Origin: Octopus bimaculoides
Taxonomy: Eukaryota
Direction of reading: 5' to 3'
Assembly (NCBI RefSeq): GCF_001194135.2
Contig: NC_068987.1
Span: 71,031,732-71,076,133, forward strand
DNA: 44,402 nt
Part shown: one piece after another, positions 23,691-37,561 of the stretch
How the letters are laid out: the number at the start of each line of letters is the position of its first letter
Numbering within the stretch: the first letter of the stretch is position 1
Program-made: the position numbers and the translations under genes
The notes under the pieces: model-generated
What the model saw: only the letters and a program-made list of their open reading frames with translations
What the model was told of the DNA's origin: nothing
The model's database searches: none

Positions 23691-26600
23691 TATTTATTAT
23701 AATTTCAGATTTATACCTGCAATTATTGGATAACAGGAATATATGACAAACTGCCTAAAGCACCAATCTTGAGAAATTAGTCTTTTTAAACTAGAAAGGA
23801 GAAAGCTGATTGGATGATCGCAGATTCAAACCAACAATTGAACTGTAAAAATTTGAAAAAGTTTCCAGAAGTTTAGTATTGAAGTACATATGCGCATGTT
23901 TAGATAGACAACAATATGCATGAAAATTAATGTGTAAAACGAAACTTGTAAATCTGCACACGCACTGGTTACCAATACTGCACGCATACACACAAACATA
24001 TAGAAATAATTTGTACATGAAAATCCAATGAAGGAGTTTTCGATCTAGTTTAGAAATCGACTCTTTTTTTATGGGCAAGGGATCTTGAAATAAAATTGAA
24101 CAGATACACACACACAAACACACACACACACTAATAAACACACATGCATACACACGCGTATACATACATACATGCATACATACATACATACATACATACA
24201 TACATACATACATACATACATACATAGAAAAGTTTACAGATGTGTGCCTAAATCAATCTATAATTGAGGGATACGAACAAGTCCAAAAAAGAATCAAAAT
24301 TTATAACTTCGAGCCAACGAGCTACATAGCGTGGTCTGACCACACTGAGCAAAACCACCATTCTAATAAAAGTCACATCTCGTCACAATATTTATTTATT
24401 TATCGACCAACACATGCAAGAGTAAACCTACTGAAAATTGTACGCTAGAATCCCTCAAATTTGAAAAAGATGTTGTTAATCGTTTTTTTTCATTGAAAGA
24501 GCGTTGTTTGTCAGGAGATATCTGGAATGTTGTACGGATATCTTGAAGCATGTGACAATGTGACTGTAAAAAAAAAAGAGGACTGAGGTATGGATAAACA
24601 AAACCTGGATATTACACAAGAATAACCCTCTTCACACACTAATCCCTGTGAGTTTTTAGCAAATCATAAAGCTAATTTTGTCTGCCTAAATTTTGAGCAT
24701 TGCTACTCATAATTTTTTTACGTTCCTCGTATTTGAATATACGCTGACAGGTCATCGATTTCAAATGAGAGATAGAAAAACATTCACTACAGGAAATGTG
24801 TACGGTTCCTGAAATCCTGTTCCAGCACTCGATCTAAACTTGTAAATAAACACGTGAAACAGTGTGTCAAAAACGGAAGGATTTTGAAATAGATGTGTCT
24901 GATTAAATTGCAAATGAAGTAACAATTTTTTTATTGTTTGTTTGTTTTATGAAATACCGTTTCTTATTGGACATACCTTGTACATAACTACAAACTTATA
25001 TACAAAACATATTCTATCCTATGAGAAGCGCTCAGGTAAATGATTACAAGTCAGAATAACTTTCACATTCAAATCGGTTATAAATTTCTCCCTGCTGTCA
25101 ATTTAATGTTTAACCTTCACAGCGTTTCAAATTCTTCGGAAATAATTCCTTAATTTATTATCTTTGCACGGATTAGACATATTCAAATAATATATAACAT
25201 AGTATGGTAACATATTTTTATTTGAAATTCTGACGTAAGTCAATGTATAAATTATGAATTATCAGTTAACGTGGATTTCTTTTAATGTTAATATTAATAC
25301 TAAATTTTGACAGCAGACATTTATAACAAATATTTTGATATCTTCCTCCATAAAACAATATCTGATATCCTGCTAGGTGCAGTAGTTTTATCAGAAATGC
25401 AGGTGAAACGTCTCAATATATTTTATTCTTTTGATATTCGGATTGTATATTTTCAAATATTTAATGTTTAGTTATGTTAATATATAAAATGCCCTAGGCG
25501 ATATGATAGACAGTTAGATATATAGAGAAAGACATACATGGTTTTATATATATATGTATACATAAACACATGCACATACATACGCAGACACACATATATA
25601 CATGTGTTTGTGTACATATATACTTATATGTACACCATCATACACGAATATATATCACTAAAAGTTAAACATTAAACAATAACTTGATACGAACCAGGTA
25701 TAAATTTTAAATGCAAAGAAAGCAATATATAACTTGGTTTGGATCGCTAAAAAAAGACGCTTTTTGCCAAGGCTTTACATATCTTTGAAGCTAAACAAGT
25801 TCGAACTAACAACTGATTGGGATGCTCTCTTTGGTATATAAACTTGCTAAAAGTAAAATCCACGTTCTTTTAAATCATATTCCACCCTTTTGAAAGGGTG
25901 AAAAGCAACACTGTATGTGACAATTCTGTATTATATGACATGATTTCTAAAAAGGATGAAATGCATTTTATCATGAGTCCATTCAGTCAGGACAGACTTA
26001 CAGCCAAACATTAACAGTAGTTACCAAGTACTAGTTTCGGTTTTCAGCTTTTCTGTACTTTATTGCGAAACAGAATTATCTGAAGAATTCCTAATGCATA
26101 TAAAAGGACTGTATAGTGCCAAATTTTGGTTTTTGTTTCCACAAATTTTACATTATTTCTTAACATAAATATGAGTTGATTACATATAATGCCTAGCCAA
26201 CCAAGAACGGACTCGTTGGGTAGTGAACATTTAGGTAGTGAACGTTAGCTAATGAACATTTTCATCATTTAATATATTAAATTGTAATTTAAATGAAATT
26301 AATCATTGGCTCTATATCTAGATGATTGTATGGACCATACACGTGTTCCCTGGTATAAGGGTGACGGTGAAATCTGAATTACACTGAATAACAAGTATTA
26401 CATGAATATCAACTTTTTCGACTTGGATTTCGAACGGCATTGCGATCACTGATAGTTTTCGTTCTTCGGGGTTGATGCAGTCATCTACATATTGCTCCTC
26501 TGACGTATCGATATATAAATTCATAAGTACATGTGTTTAATATCCACTGTATCTCGTTGAAATAATTCTATTTGTTAAACATTAGGTCTATCAGTCTACA

Positions 26601-28419
26601 GACTTAGACCACTTTTATTCTAATCAGCCAAGCCACTTCCCATATAATGCTTCAGTGGTATGGTGTCGCACATATATCTTCCACTCACTCCGGATGATCA
26701 TTCCTGTTTCGTCCTTTTTCTTCAGAGTCGTTGGAATTTCCACAGGAATTCGATTAAGCAAATAGAGGAGAAATTCTTAAGCAAATATAAAGAATACGGA
26801 GGCAGGGAATAGAAATATAACACGCTAAATAATTATCAGTACAAAAACGTCAAACTTTAACCTAGAATTGCCCTGATAATGGCCTCCATGTTCAGCCTTT
26901 GTGACTTATAAAATCTTGTCTGAATAGGGAATATCCCAAACGGAAATGAAGTGACGTTGCAGAAACATGTATTTCCGGTATGAAGTTCTACAACATCCTA
27001 AGTAAGGTCAATGCCCGGGAAAAACAATGACAAGTGAAAAAAGAAAGGAGACAGAGAGAAAATGAATGACAGAGGAAGAAAAAGAAGAAACGAATGAGTA
27101 CAGAAGTGCGAGAAAAGACAGACGCAATTGTATTTCTTTTGGAGTAAATAGTTACAATTGTGGCAGTAGTAACTGAAGATCAATCCTATAATAGCAGTTT
27201 TACATCGATATATCACTTTCATCTATGATGTATGCGTAACATAATTGCGTAAAAGAAAAAAGAAGTACAAAATTGCAGTATTTAATTCTATAACTGCAAA
27301 CCAGGCGACAATCATCTCCCTGTATTAGGCACAGCAATATCATTAATGGATACAACAATGAGTGAATTGGTTTTGGAGATTATATTAACGCATGTGATTC
27401 GATTTTTAAGACGCCGTCATCGTTAATAAAAGCAAAGCATCAGCACACTGACTGTTATTGTGAATATTTCTTAATGGTCGCTTGTGTTGTCTAGTGCGGT
27501 GTATTGTCATTTATGAAGTGGAGTAGAATGAATTCTACCGCTCTAACTTATAAACAGTTGAATATATCTCTTGTGAAATATTTCATCTGAAGTGAGTGTT
27601 TTTCTCTCGAGAGAAGGAGAAAGAGAGGGAAGGAGAGACAAAGAAACGGAGAGATTAATCTTATTTTTGTTTACCAAACTCAAGCAACCGATTTTGTCTT
27701 AGTCACCACAATATCTAGCGCCAAAGAATATCTTAGAACATAAAAACTAACCATCTTGAGAAGAAAAATATATACATAATATTTCATAGAAATTATAATT
27801 TTAGTAGTTTATATGTCTTGTATTTTCTTCTTTTTTTTTTGTATCGGTAAAACAATCAAACATTCGCTATTGTAATTACATATAAATTGTCGCTTATATC
27901 CTTTAGTAGTTTTTTTTCTTCTTATGAAGCAAGAGGAAATCTTACTATCTATCGATATGTCTACATTTTACGCGTCAGCACGACACCTATCTAGGTACTA
28001 CAGCACCATATTTTCATTGACTCGTCCAGAGACAACAAAATTAACACTTTTGTACTCTCTCGTATATTGTTACAGCTCTCTATGAGCATCTGGGCAGAGC
28101 GAGAGGTGATGAATAGTATCTAATTCACACGACATTTTACTCTCAAGTTTCCTTGCCCTAGATATGGAATTACTATTTTACCTTTACGAAAGTCAAAGAA
28201 TTATTTGCAAAAGGGTTATATGTAGAAATGCGTTGCGACGTCGTTGGCGCCCAGCTGTATCTGCATTTGCCTATCATGACCGAAGGGGGACTTTATCCTT
28301 TATATATCGTATTTTCCTTATTATATAACACTAATAAAACTGGATTAGACTCAAAATCTATTTCCAAATCTGAGGAAATATCCTGTATCCCGAATTCGAT
28401 TAATCTGTTATTTTTTTTC

Positions 28420-28690
28420 TTATTTCTTCTTGAATTGAGTCGGGTTTTGAAGACACAAGTGTATTCCACAATTGAATACTGCTCCCACATCTGTAGTGGT
28501 GATACTGCTGCGTGCACATACATTCTGCACCGAATTCAGAGAAGGGTCACATTCGACTGACTGATATTAAATCACTAGCAGAACTCCTCCAGTCGCTGAC
28601 CCTCAGGCGAGTTCTGGCCTAACACTATATTTTGTATTACCTCTACAATAGTCTCTGTTCCTCGTACATCGTTCATTCAACTACAGTTTT
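28420..28690 (+). mobile_element. CR1/L2-group LINE C-terminal fragment
   Basis: LKTQVYSTIEYCSHICSGDTAACTYILHRIQRR resembles the post-RT motif LYK.Q.RP..EYCS..W......LD.+Q+R. Confidence 0.7.
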
Positions 28691-28839
28691 TAGCACCCAT
28701 AAGACTTTAAACCAACAACGAGTTGGTGTTCAAGACTGATGAATCCGGAGAATTCGGTATAAACAGAGAAATCCAGAATATGACAAAAATTACCAAAGAT
28801 CTCGACGAGAAAATAACCAAGTCCCAGAGTTTCATAATA

Positions 28840-29710
28840 CGAGGTGATATCAAAAGATTCCTGGACTACTTCTGTAGCGTGCCAGCAGATAGCAGCACAG
28901 AGTTGCTTGCACAGTGAGAGCTAGCAGTGATATTCGTGAGGCCGTATGCCGAGTGACATTCCTGTATTTACTTTGCAAGTTGTGAAATTTGTAAATTTGT
29001 GATCACATGAATACTATAGTCTGCGATTTTTGTCATGGATAAGAAACTGGTGACAACATGAAATTTTGCGTTAAACGTGGGAACACTCCTACAGACACAT
29101 TGAGCATGCTTCGGCCAGCGCACATCTTCAAAGAGTCCATCATCTCCAGGACCGAAGAAGACAAGATAGAGCCGTAGTTCAACGAGGAGCATGCTCATCA
29201 TTTTTTTCGACATCTGCAGTATTGTGGATCGAGAGTTCGGACCTCAGGGCCATCCCGTCAATCGAAAGTTCTACTGCGAAGTTTTAAAGCGTTTGAGGGA
29301 GGACATTCTGCGAAAGCGACTGGACCTGTGGAGTGGGAAGAAATGGATTCTTCAGGACGACAATGCACCCTGTAACTTTCTTGCCAAAAACGACATGGTA
29401 TCGCTTCCGCACCAGCCCTATTCTTCAGATTTAGCACCTGAAGACTTAAATCTGTTCTGCAAGATGAAAATGGGGTTCAAATGTTGCCGTGTTAACACTG
29501 TTGTGGAGATCAAGAGAGAATAGTACAAGGTCGGTATTTGCTTAGGGAAAGCGACTTCCAGGCCGGATTCCCAAAGTGGAAGCAAAGCTGGAACCGATGT
29601 ATTGCTGTGCGACGTGACTCTTTCGAAGCATATGATTATCAACACTTAAGTAAATAAGGTGTTTTTTTTATTAAGCATAACTAGTCCGGGGATGTCTTGA
29701 TACTACCTCG
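28840..29710 (+). mobile_element. Internally deleted mariner element with both TIRs
   Basis: Left end TA-cgaggtgatatcaaaagattcctggacta; reverse complement of right end cgaggtagtatcaagacatccccggacta. The N-terminus (CVKRGNTPTDTLSML) is joined to MLIIFFDICSIVDREF...WILQDDNAP...PYSSDLAPEDLNLF. Confidence 0.9.
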
Positions 29711-30788
29711 AACAGACAAAAAATAAACGTGAATACAATCGCAACCAATATGGGAATATGGACGAATCACCAATGTTTTTCAGAATCATCAGCAACAGAA
29801 CAGCCAACGTAAAAGGTGCCAGAAGAGAACAGAGCATGAAAACAAAATCGTATTGTAGTATTGGCATGCACAACACATGGCACGAAATTACCTCCCATGG
29901 TAATCTTTTAAACGAAAAATAATGCGGAGCGAAAAGTTTCTACGCGAAGCGTTGTCCATGTCCAAGAGAAAAGGTTGATGTTCTATGATGATTGTATTAA
30001 ATATATTTCTGATATATGGACTCGCAGGCGTAGTGGGTTATTAAGACCTCCATCACTGTTTGTTTGGGACATGTTTAATTCTCGCTTTACTGATCATGTG
30101 AAGAACTTATAACGCAGAAACACTGACACTGCAATTATCTCTGATGCTCTCACTATTATACTAAAACAACAGCACGTTTGCTTTAATATAACTTTTAAGG
30201 AAATCATAAGCAGATGAATAAACAGAATGGACTGATGGTATCTGATGAACAATCGCTTACTCTTCTAGCCGGTAGTACGCGTACTGCTCCTTTGGCTACT
30301 ATATGTCAATGGGTACTTGTATGATGGGATGAAATACAAACAGAAACAGTTTTGAAATATGTAAAGAATGCTCAATAAGAAAAGTGAGAGACGGTAGCAA
30401 GGATCGTATATTCTGTGGGAAGAAATTAGTTCTGCATGTTATTATTATATTGATGAATTGTGCAATCCCTATGATGACTTGGTTAGTGTTAGTGGCTGTA
30501 ACTAAATGTTTAACAATAGCAATATCGATGAGTAGGTCTTTGTATCGGTGAGTATTGCTTGGATAAATCAAGGCTAAAGACTATATTGTGTGGGGGTAAA
30601 CAAATTGTGCCTTCTAATTAACTGGTTATTTCTGTGCTTATTTTAAATCAATAGAAATACCAATATTCCAGACCGTTAGTACAAACTGATGAAAGCAAAT
30701 TGTCCAGTAATTGTTTAATAATTGTGTCAATATACTTTGATAATTTACCAGACGATACATTCATTCATTCATTCATACATACATACAT

Positions 30789-30891
<103 letters not shown>

Positions 30892-30971
30892 TGTATGTAT
30901 GTATGTATGTATGTATGAAGTCACTTTTGCCTGTATAAATTCTTCAGTACATTCGGCCTCTCCATTACTAT

Positions 30972-32236
30972 ACAGAATGAAAACTACTCTATCAACTACT
31001 TAGATGTTAACTGTAATTTAAACACAGGTTTATACCAACCTTATATGAAACCTAACTCTAAACTCAAGTATATAAACTATCAAAGTAACCATCAACAATC
31101 AATAAAAAGGGCTTTAATTAGAGGCATTATCAAAAGTATTTCGTATCTCTCATCTAATGAGGACATATTTAACAGTCATAAGGATAAGTACGATAAGACA
31201 CTTATGGAGGCCGGCTATAGAGTTAGAATTGAAATTATCCCACACGAGTATATAATGGATAGTAGTAGTAACGAATATGCCAACCGAAACATTACTGCGC
31301 ATGACCATACACCCAAGCGATGTAAAAAATGCACAGGTAGCAGCATCAAAGGACACTAATATGACTAGATTTAGTAACTGTATGAATGACTACAAAAACA
31401 ATAGTAACATACTAGGTAGAACTAGGAGGGTCAATGCGCGCAGGAAAAGTAATATCAATAAGCACACCACCCACGAAGAAATTATTGGCAAATCGGGATA
31501 TTTGGTCTGGTATATAATCCCTTTTGCTATGCAAATAAGGACGAACTTAGCTAAGCAATTATTGAATGTCGTAAATAGACACCTTGATAAGAATAATAAG
31601 TATTCTAATCTTATAAATAGTAGTACAATAAGTATAGGTTATAGCCTTACACATAATATCCACCCTCAATGATAAAAAATATATATACTTCCTACTGAAA
31701 TAGAAACAAAAATCGACGGTGGTATTAGTAGAAATAATAACAATAAATACTATCCCAACCTTAGTACAGAATACACCCAGAACCAAAATAACCACTTTAA
31801 ACTCAGTATCCTAATCCTACCTCACTTGGATGCAAATCCCTCCACAGAATAACCTATGTAACTATAAGAACAGGAATAATTGTGTCTTCGATAACACCTG
31901 TAGAATTAAGGACGTTATTTATCAATGCACAATCACAACGCAGTCTAGAAAATTAAGTTTATTGGAGCATCGACATTCTTCTAGAAACAGAAAATTAATT
32001 CGACTGGTTTAAGTAGGTACATTTGGGAGGTCAAAGATAGTAACACGAGCTTCACATTAAATTGAGAGAACCTCGCTACTGCACCTTCGTATAATGAAGA
32101 AAACAGAAAATGTTACCTTTGCATTAATGACATCTTTTATATTCTCACAGCACGTAATCCACTTGTGAACCTGAGAGTTGAGCGAAGTGTAGCTTGCCTG
32201 CACAAAGGGACGTCTACTTTCGATAAATATAGATAA
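30972..32236 (+). mobile_element. 5'-truncated Penelope-like element ORF: RT thumb, linker, GIY-YIG endonuclease (Naiad-like Cys pattern)
   Basis: INYLDVNCNLNTGLYQPYMKPNSKLKYINYQSNH...LSSNEDIF...AGY; VWYIIPFAMQIRTNLAK; CNYKNRNNCVFDNTC; VIYQC...FIG; TGLSRYIWEVK; KCYLCIND; ACLHK. Frameshifted. Confidence 0.88.
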
Positions 32237-33953
32237 CACTAGAAATAGTTATACTACCCCATAATAGTACTTATAATCCCACAGCATACATACAATTAGT
32301 AGCCCCTGATAGTTTAATGCAGGTTATATATCTTACTCCTTTTATAGTTCGTCTTGTTAGGAATAACCAAGGCTGTTGTAAGTAGTCAAATAACCTTTCC
32401 CCCATTTTATCAACACCTACTCCCATGTATGATGCCTTTTATTTCTATCATAACTGATCCGAGAAAACAAAGGCCTTGGGTTTTCAGCCATATGTTTTTT
32501 TACCCCAAAATGAACTTCAATTCCGAAATAGTCGTTAAATTTAAATTTTAGCTTTTCCTACTTTGCTTGTTTTATTTACCCTATATCCCCTTTTATAACA
32601 TGGATGTATTTATCAGCACTTGCTGTAATTTGAAATTATTTCGCTACTACCTTATTGTTCTTTCCTCCACTCACTGTCCTTCCACCATTTTAATGTACAT
32701 TATTAGCCCTACACTCATGTGAACAATATTTCCTCCATGTTTGATTTTTTCATCCTTTTCATTTTATTTTTATTATATGTTACTTTTTCTTTACTTTATT
32801 TTATCAATTCCCACCAGTATTTTTTGCACCCAATTTTAATGATTAGATTTAATTAGTATGTCTTTCTTATCTGAGGCATTTGGTATGGCTTTTTAGACAT
32901 GCTTAGTAACTGGTTTGATTTCAGGTAACTTTTCTCATTTAAGGAAACTTAATGCCTGTGGACTCGGCATTAATCGTACACATATAGTGCTAATTTACTC
33001 TTTCAAATTGTTTTATAATAATAGGAACTATACAACGTTAATAACTATGTAATGCTTATTAAGCATATTTAAGACACTGTTGACAACAAGGGAGTTTCAT
33101 TATTTGATATCATTTCATGACGTGACTTGGCATTAAATATTATCCCTAATTGTAAGTGCCTTTTATTTGTGCATTGTGGAGCACCTATAAGATGGATTAT
33201 TCTTGCGTACCTGTAAAAATCTAATTGTTACCAAAATTCGCTATATGCGAGGTTTAGCCCAATTTCATTTGCTAGTAGCTTTTATTGAACCGCTGAATTA
33301 TCAATACTAGTTGCATCCCCTTCACCACTACCCTGAAGATTCCCTAATTCTTCTCTCATGCATGTTATAACGTTAAGATGCAGAAGGATATAAACGGCCC
33401 CACGCTATCTATTCCTTGACTTCTCCCCCGTAACTTTTTTCTTCTTTTTTTTGTTTTCTCGTTTATTTTACAAACAAATTCATTGTAACGGTTTTAACTT
33501 GTGACCTCGGTTCAAATAGTAACTGACTAATTGTAGAGACCGGTGGACAAAGACTTTCCACATTGTGGACCATAGGCGGGACTCTCGGTATTAATTTCTG
33601 TGTAAATTTTTCTTAAGCACGATACGATAATTGTTTATTTTTACTTGTGTTTACTCCGTTAGCAGAGGTACTGCGCTTTGATAATCATGTTAGTATATTC
33701 CTTATATAGAGTCTCTTGATAACATTTTTTTAAACATCCTGTCCCCCTACTTCAAATTTCACCTAACTGTTAATAAATTGTAGTATTCCCTAGACCATTA
33801 CTAGCTCACTCTTTTACCTACGTACCCTGTAACCCCTTGATGGTAAATTGTATGCTCTTAACATATTGGGCTTGTAGACTATTTGTCTAAGCTATGGTTT
33901 TTTTTACCTTTTCCTTCTTCACTTTGTTTATATTGTATGCTCTTGTTTTTTTA

Positions 33954-34064
33954 CTCTGATGAAGCTCCGTTACCTTACTTCGAATGCCCTATGAAGATGA
34001 AGAACGTTATTCTCGCATTTATTTATAGACAGCGTTTTGGTAACCGATCAGAAACGGCCGTAAG
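33954..34064 (+). ncRNA. Minimal type I hammerhead ribozyme with long stem II, downstream of the PLE ORF
   Basis: CTGATGA at 33956-33962; stem II AGCTCCGTTACC/GGTAACCGATCA (9 of 12 pair); GAAAC-GGCC-GTA at 34051-34062 (ACGGCCGT palindrome). Stem I is reduced to 2 bp (CT/AG). Confidence 0.7.
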
Positions 34065-35560
34065 ATTTGTTACGTCACCTATTATGTTATGTCATGCTTT
34101 GTATTAAAAATAAGCTATAAATGTGGTCCAATCGATGTGTTACTCTGTGGGGTTTTTTTTCCATTTTTTTAATTATTTTCATAGGTTCCTCATAAACTCT
34201 TGTTTATCCAGTTGTTATCTGCACTCTATATGTTTGGCGTGCATGCACACCAATGCCCAGGAGTAATACAAGTAACGGATACCATTAGTATATACGTATA
34301 TTTTATCTCTTTGTCGGTTATTATAACCGCTAACTCTGTTTACACTTGACATATATATATATATATANNNNNNNNNNNNNNNNNNNNNNNNNNNNNNNNN
34401 NNNNNNNNNNNNNNNNNNNNNNNNNNNNNNNNNNNNNNNNNNNNNNNNNNNNNNNNNNNNNNNNNNNNNNNNNNNNNNNNNNNNNNNNNNNNNNNNNNNN
34501 NNNNNNNNNNNNNNNNNNNNNNNNNNNNNNNNNNNNNNNNNNNNNNNNNNNNNNNNNNNNNNNNNNNNNNNNNNNNNNNNNNNNNNNNNNNNNNNNNNNN
34601 NNNNNNNNNNNNNNNNNNNNNNNNNNNNNNNNNNNNNNNNNNNNNNNNNNNNNNNNNNNNNNNNNNNNNNNNNNNNNNNNNNNNNNNNNNNNNNNNNNNN
34701 NNNNNNNNNNNNNNNNNNNNNNNNNNNNNNNNNNNNNNNNNNNNNNNNNNNNNNNNNNNNNNNNNNNNNNNNNNNNNNNNNNNNNNNNNNNNNNNNNNNN
34801 NNNNNNNNNNNNNNNNNNNNNNNNNNNNNNNNNNNNNNNNNNNNNNNNNNNNNNNNNNNNNNNNNNNNNNNNNNNNNNNNNNNNNNNNNNNNNNNNNNNN
34901 NNNNNNNNNNNNNNNNNNNNNNNNNNNNNNNNNNNNNNNNNNNNNNNNNNNNNNNNNNNNNNNNNNNNNNNNNNNNNNNNNNNNNNNNNNNNNNNNNNNN
35001 NNNNNNNNNNNNNNNNNNNNNNNNNNNNNNNNNNNNNNNNNNNNNNNNNNNNNNNNNNNNNNNNNNNNNNNNNNNNNNNNNNNNNNNNNNNNNNNNNNNN
35101 NNNNNNNNNNNNNNNNNNNNNNNNNNNNNNNNNNNNNNNNNNNNNNNNNNNNNNNNNNNNNNNNNNNNNNNNTATTTATTTATGTATTTATTTATTTATT
35201 TATTTAAATAATAAGGGTAGAAAATTGATGTTAAGTTGATTTATAACAATTTAATCCAGTTGTCTAGTATATTGAAAAAATCTGATTCAGAAAAATTATA
35301 TTACATACATATATTTTCTATGACGGTTATACTGATGATATGCAGACATTTACGTATGTACATATGTAAATGGTAACAATGAAATCTAGTATGCGACTAA
35401 TCATTATATTTTGTATCTTTTCATTTTTCTTGCTCGCTTACGTTTGGGCGTTTGCCGAATTTTCTTGAGAACACTTTTTCCTTAGTTGTCAGACCATATG
35501 GGGGTCTACATTTAGCATATTGGATGTCCTCAATACAGTCATCCCTCTTATATCAATGTA

Positions 35561-35596
<36 letters not shown>

Positions 35597-37561
35597 CGCG
35601 CGCGTGCTCACGTGAGTAGGTGGGTCAAGTAAGATAAACTACTTATATTGGTTGGTATGTCAGTAGTTAAGTAGGTAGGTAGGTAGGAAGGAAGGAAGGT
35701 AGGTATACCTGTATGCATTTGAAGCCTTCATCTCTAGTCGTAGATTCTCGATAGCATGTGTATATTCAGACGACTAACATGAATAAATTCTACTCCAACT
35801 GTTGACTGCATTTTCTCCTTTTATGTATCCACACGTTTATACACATGTTTTTTTTATTTATACGTGCGTGTAACATAAATTTGTTTTGTTTATTCGTTTA
35901 CGTGGTGAAATTATAAATATAATTTCGAGTGATAATGAAATAGAAGCATATACAACTGTTACTATGCTGAGACTGCTGGCTGGAGAAGGAAGCCATATGC
36001 TTTGTACTTATTAATTACTATTATATTCATATTTAATTATTTTCTTGAAGTCGTACATAACAAAGAAATTAAATGTTTAGTTGAGAATATTTAAACCTAA
36101 AATTCTTCGTCGTTATTCAATACGAACTTCGTTCGACGTTTTTTGTTTCGTTATTTCACTATTAAAATCATGTAATAATTATAGTCGCATTATGTTAAAT
36201 TGAAAATGTAGAGTTCTTAAATAAGAACCAGCTGTCAAATCACGCAACAAATTACAAACTGATGTCCTCAAAAACCGACGACAAACTACATTACTTGAAA
36301 TGTTGTACTTTTCTCAGGACCAACTACTTGGAAGGTTGTTAGTGAGATCCTTTAGGGAATGGTCTAAGAATTACGTGGAATATACGTGAAGTAAAACCGC
36401 CGCTCAATCCTGATTCTATATATAGCCATAAATATTTATGTCGTCACTAGTCCAGTATTTCTTTATTTTCGTTCTCACTGATAACTACAGTATCTTGTGA
36501 GTTCTTTTCCTTAACAAGATAGGATTGGCCTGAGAGAAATTTGTCTGGACGAGCAACGTAAAAGACGATCTTTCGTTGGTTTGTTGTATATGGAATTGGG
36601 GAAATAAGTGATAGTAATGACTGAAGAGAGATTTCGCTGATATTTATAATAATATGAGGTTAGTAGAGAACTCCCGTGGTAATCTTTGTGTTATGTAATA
36701 ATATGCGAGTGATGTGGATGCATTTTTTACTACTCCATCAATACTATAGATGCATTATTATTTAGCGTATCCGTAGTATAATTCTGTGGTGTGAAATTGG
36801 TGTATACAGTAACGATATACTACATTGTGTCTTTTGTAAAATTACCTATCGTCAATAGCGTTCGGGAATGTTGTAGTTGTAGTTCGTTTTAGCAGCGTGT
36901 TAGTGCATCAATAAGATATGATGTAGCACTGAAGTGCAGTATAGCCTTGATTGTTATTGTTTTTGTTCTAGTTGTTTTTGTGTTGTTGTTGATGATGTTG
37001 TAGTTCTTCTTCTCCTCCACCTTTTGCTTCCTTTTCTTTTCTTCTACATATTAGTTCTTATTTATCGAGCACCCGTGTGAACCAAGGTATTCTAATCGGC
37101 TTTAGTTTTTCTATTTGCAGGGAACTTAGAATCACATTGTTCAACATGCTCTTTCGTATTGTAAGACGCGAAATTGTTCTGCGTCGAGTGACCATGTCGA
37201 GTATACCTCCCTTATTTGCAAGTAATATAGTGTAATATTTCAAATACTATTACAACTTTCTTTTTTCTTTCATACCCATACCAAATATTTTTTTATAATT
37301 TCTCAAACCACCTAAACAATACGTGGATTAGCCTTTTAATACAAAAAGTAACTGGTAATATAAGAACCATATTATTTTTCATGGCCCCATACTGAAGATT
37401 TACAATATAGAAACACATATTTATAAATAGATATACACCTCATGGAAAATATTGATATCGAATATACAAACGATATATCTTGAGTGACATACTATAGGAC
37501 GTTTGAGGTAGAGAAAATAAAAAATCAAATTCTCTTTAATACCGTAAACTCTGATATATGT

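Noticed and set aside
26690-26727. CTGAAGA...GAAAC on the minus strand
   Set aside because: No stem II pairing and no GUH site in register.
28723-28835. + ORF (VFKTDESGEF...) and antisense signal-peptide-like ORF; also a CTGATGA word
   Set aside because: The supplied ORF runs into the mariner TIR, there is no acceptor, hydrophobicity is an antisense artefact, and no GAAA core follows.
33956-34055. Hairpin as a SECIS element for a selenoprotein PLE
   Set aside because: The UGA/GA quartet is out of register, the ORF has no UGA at its Cys sites, and the hammerhead core fits better.
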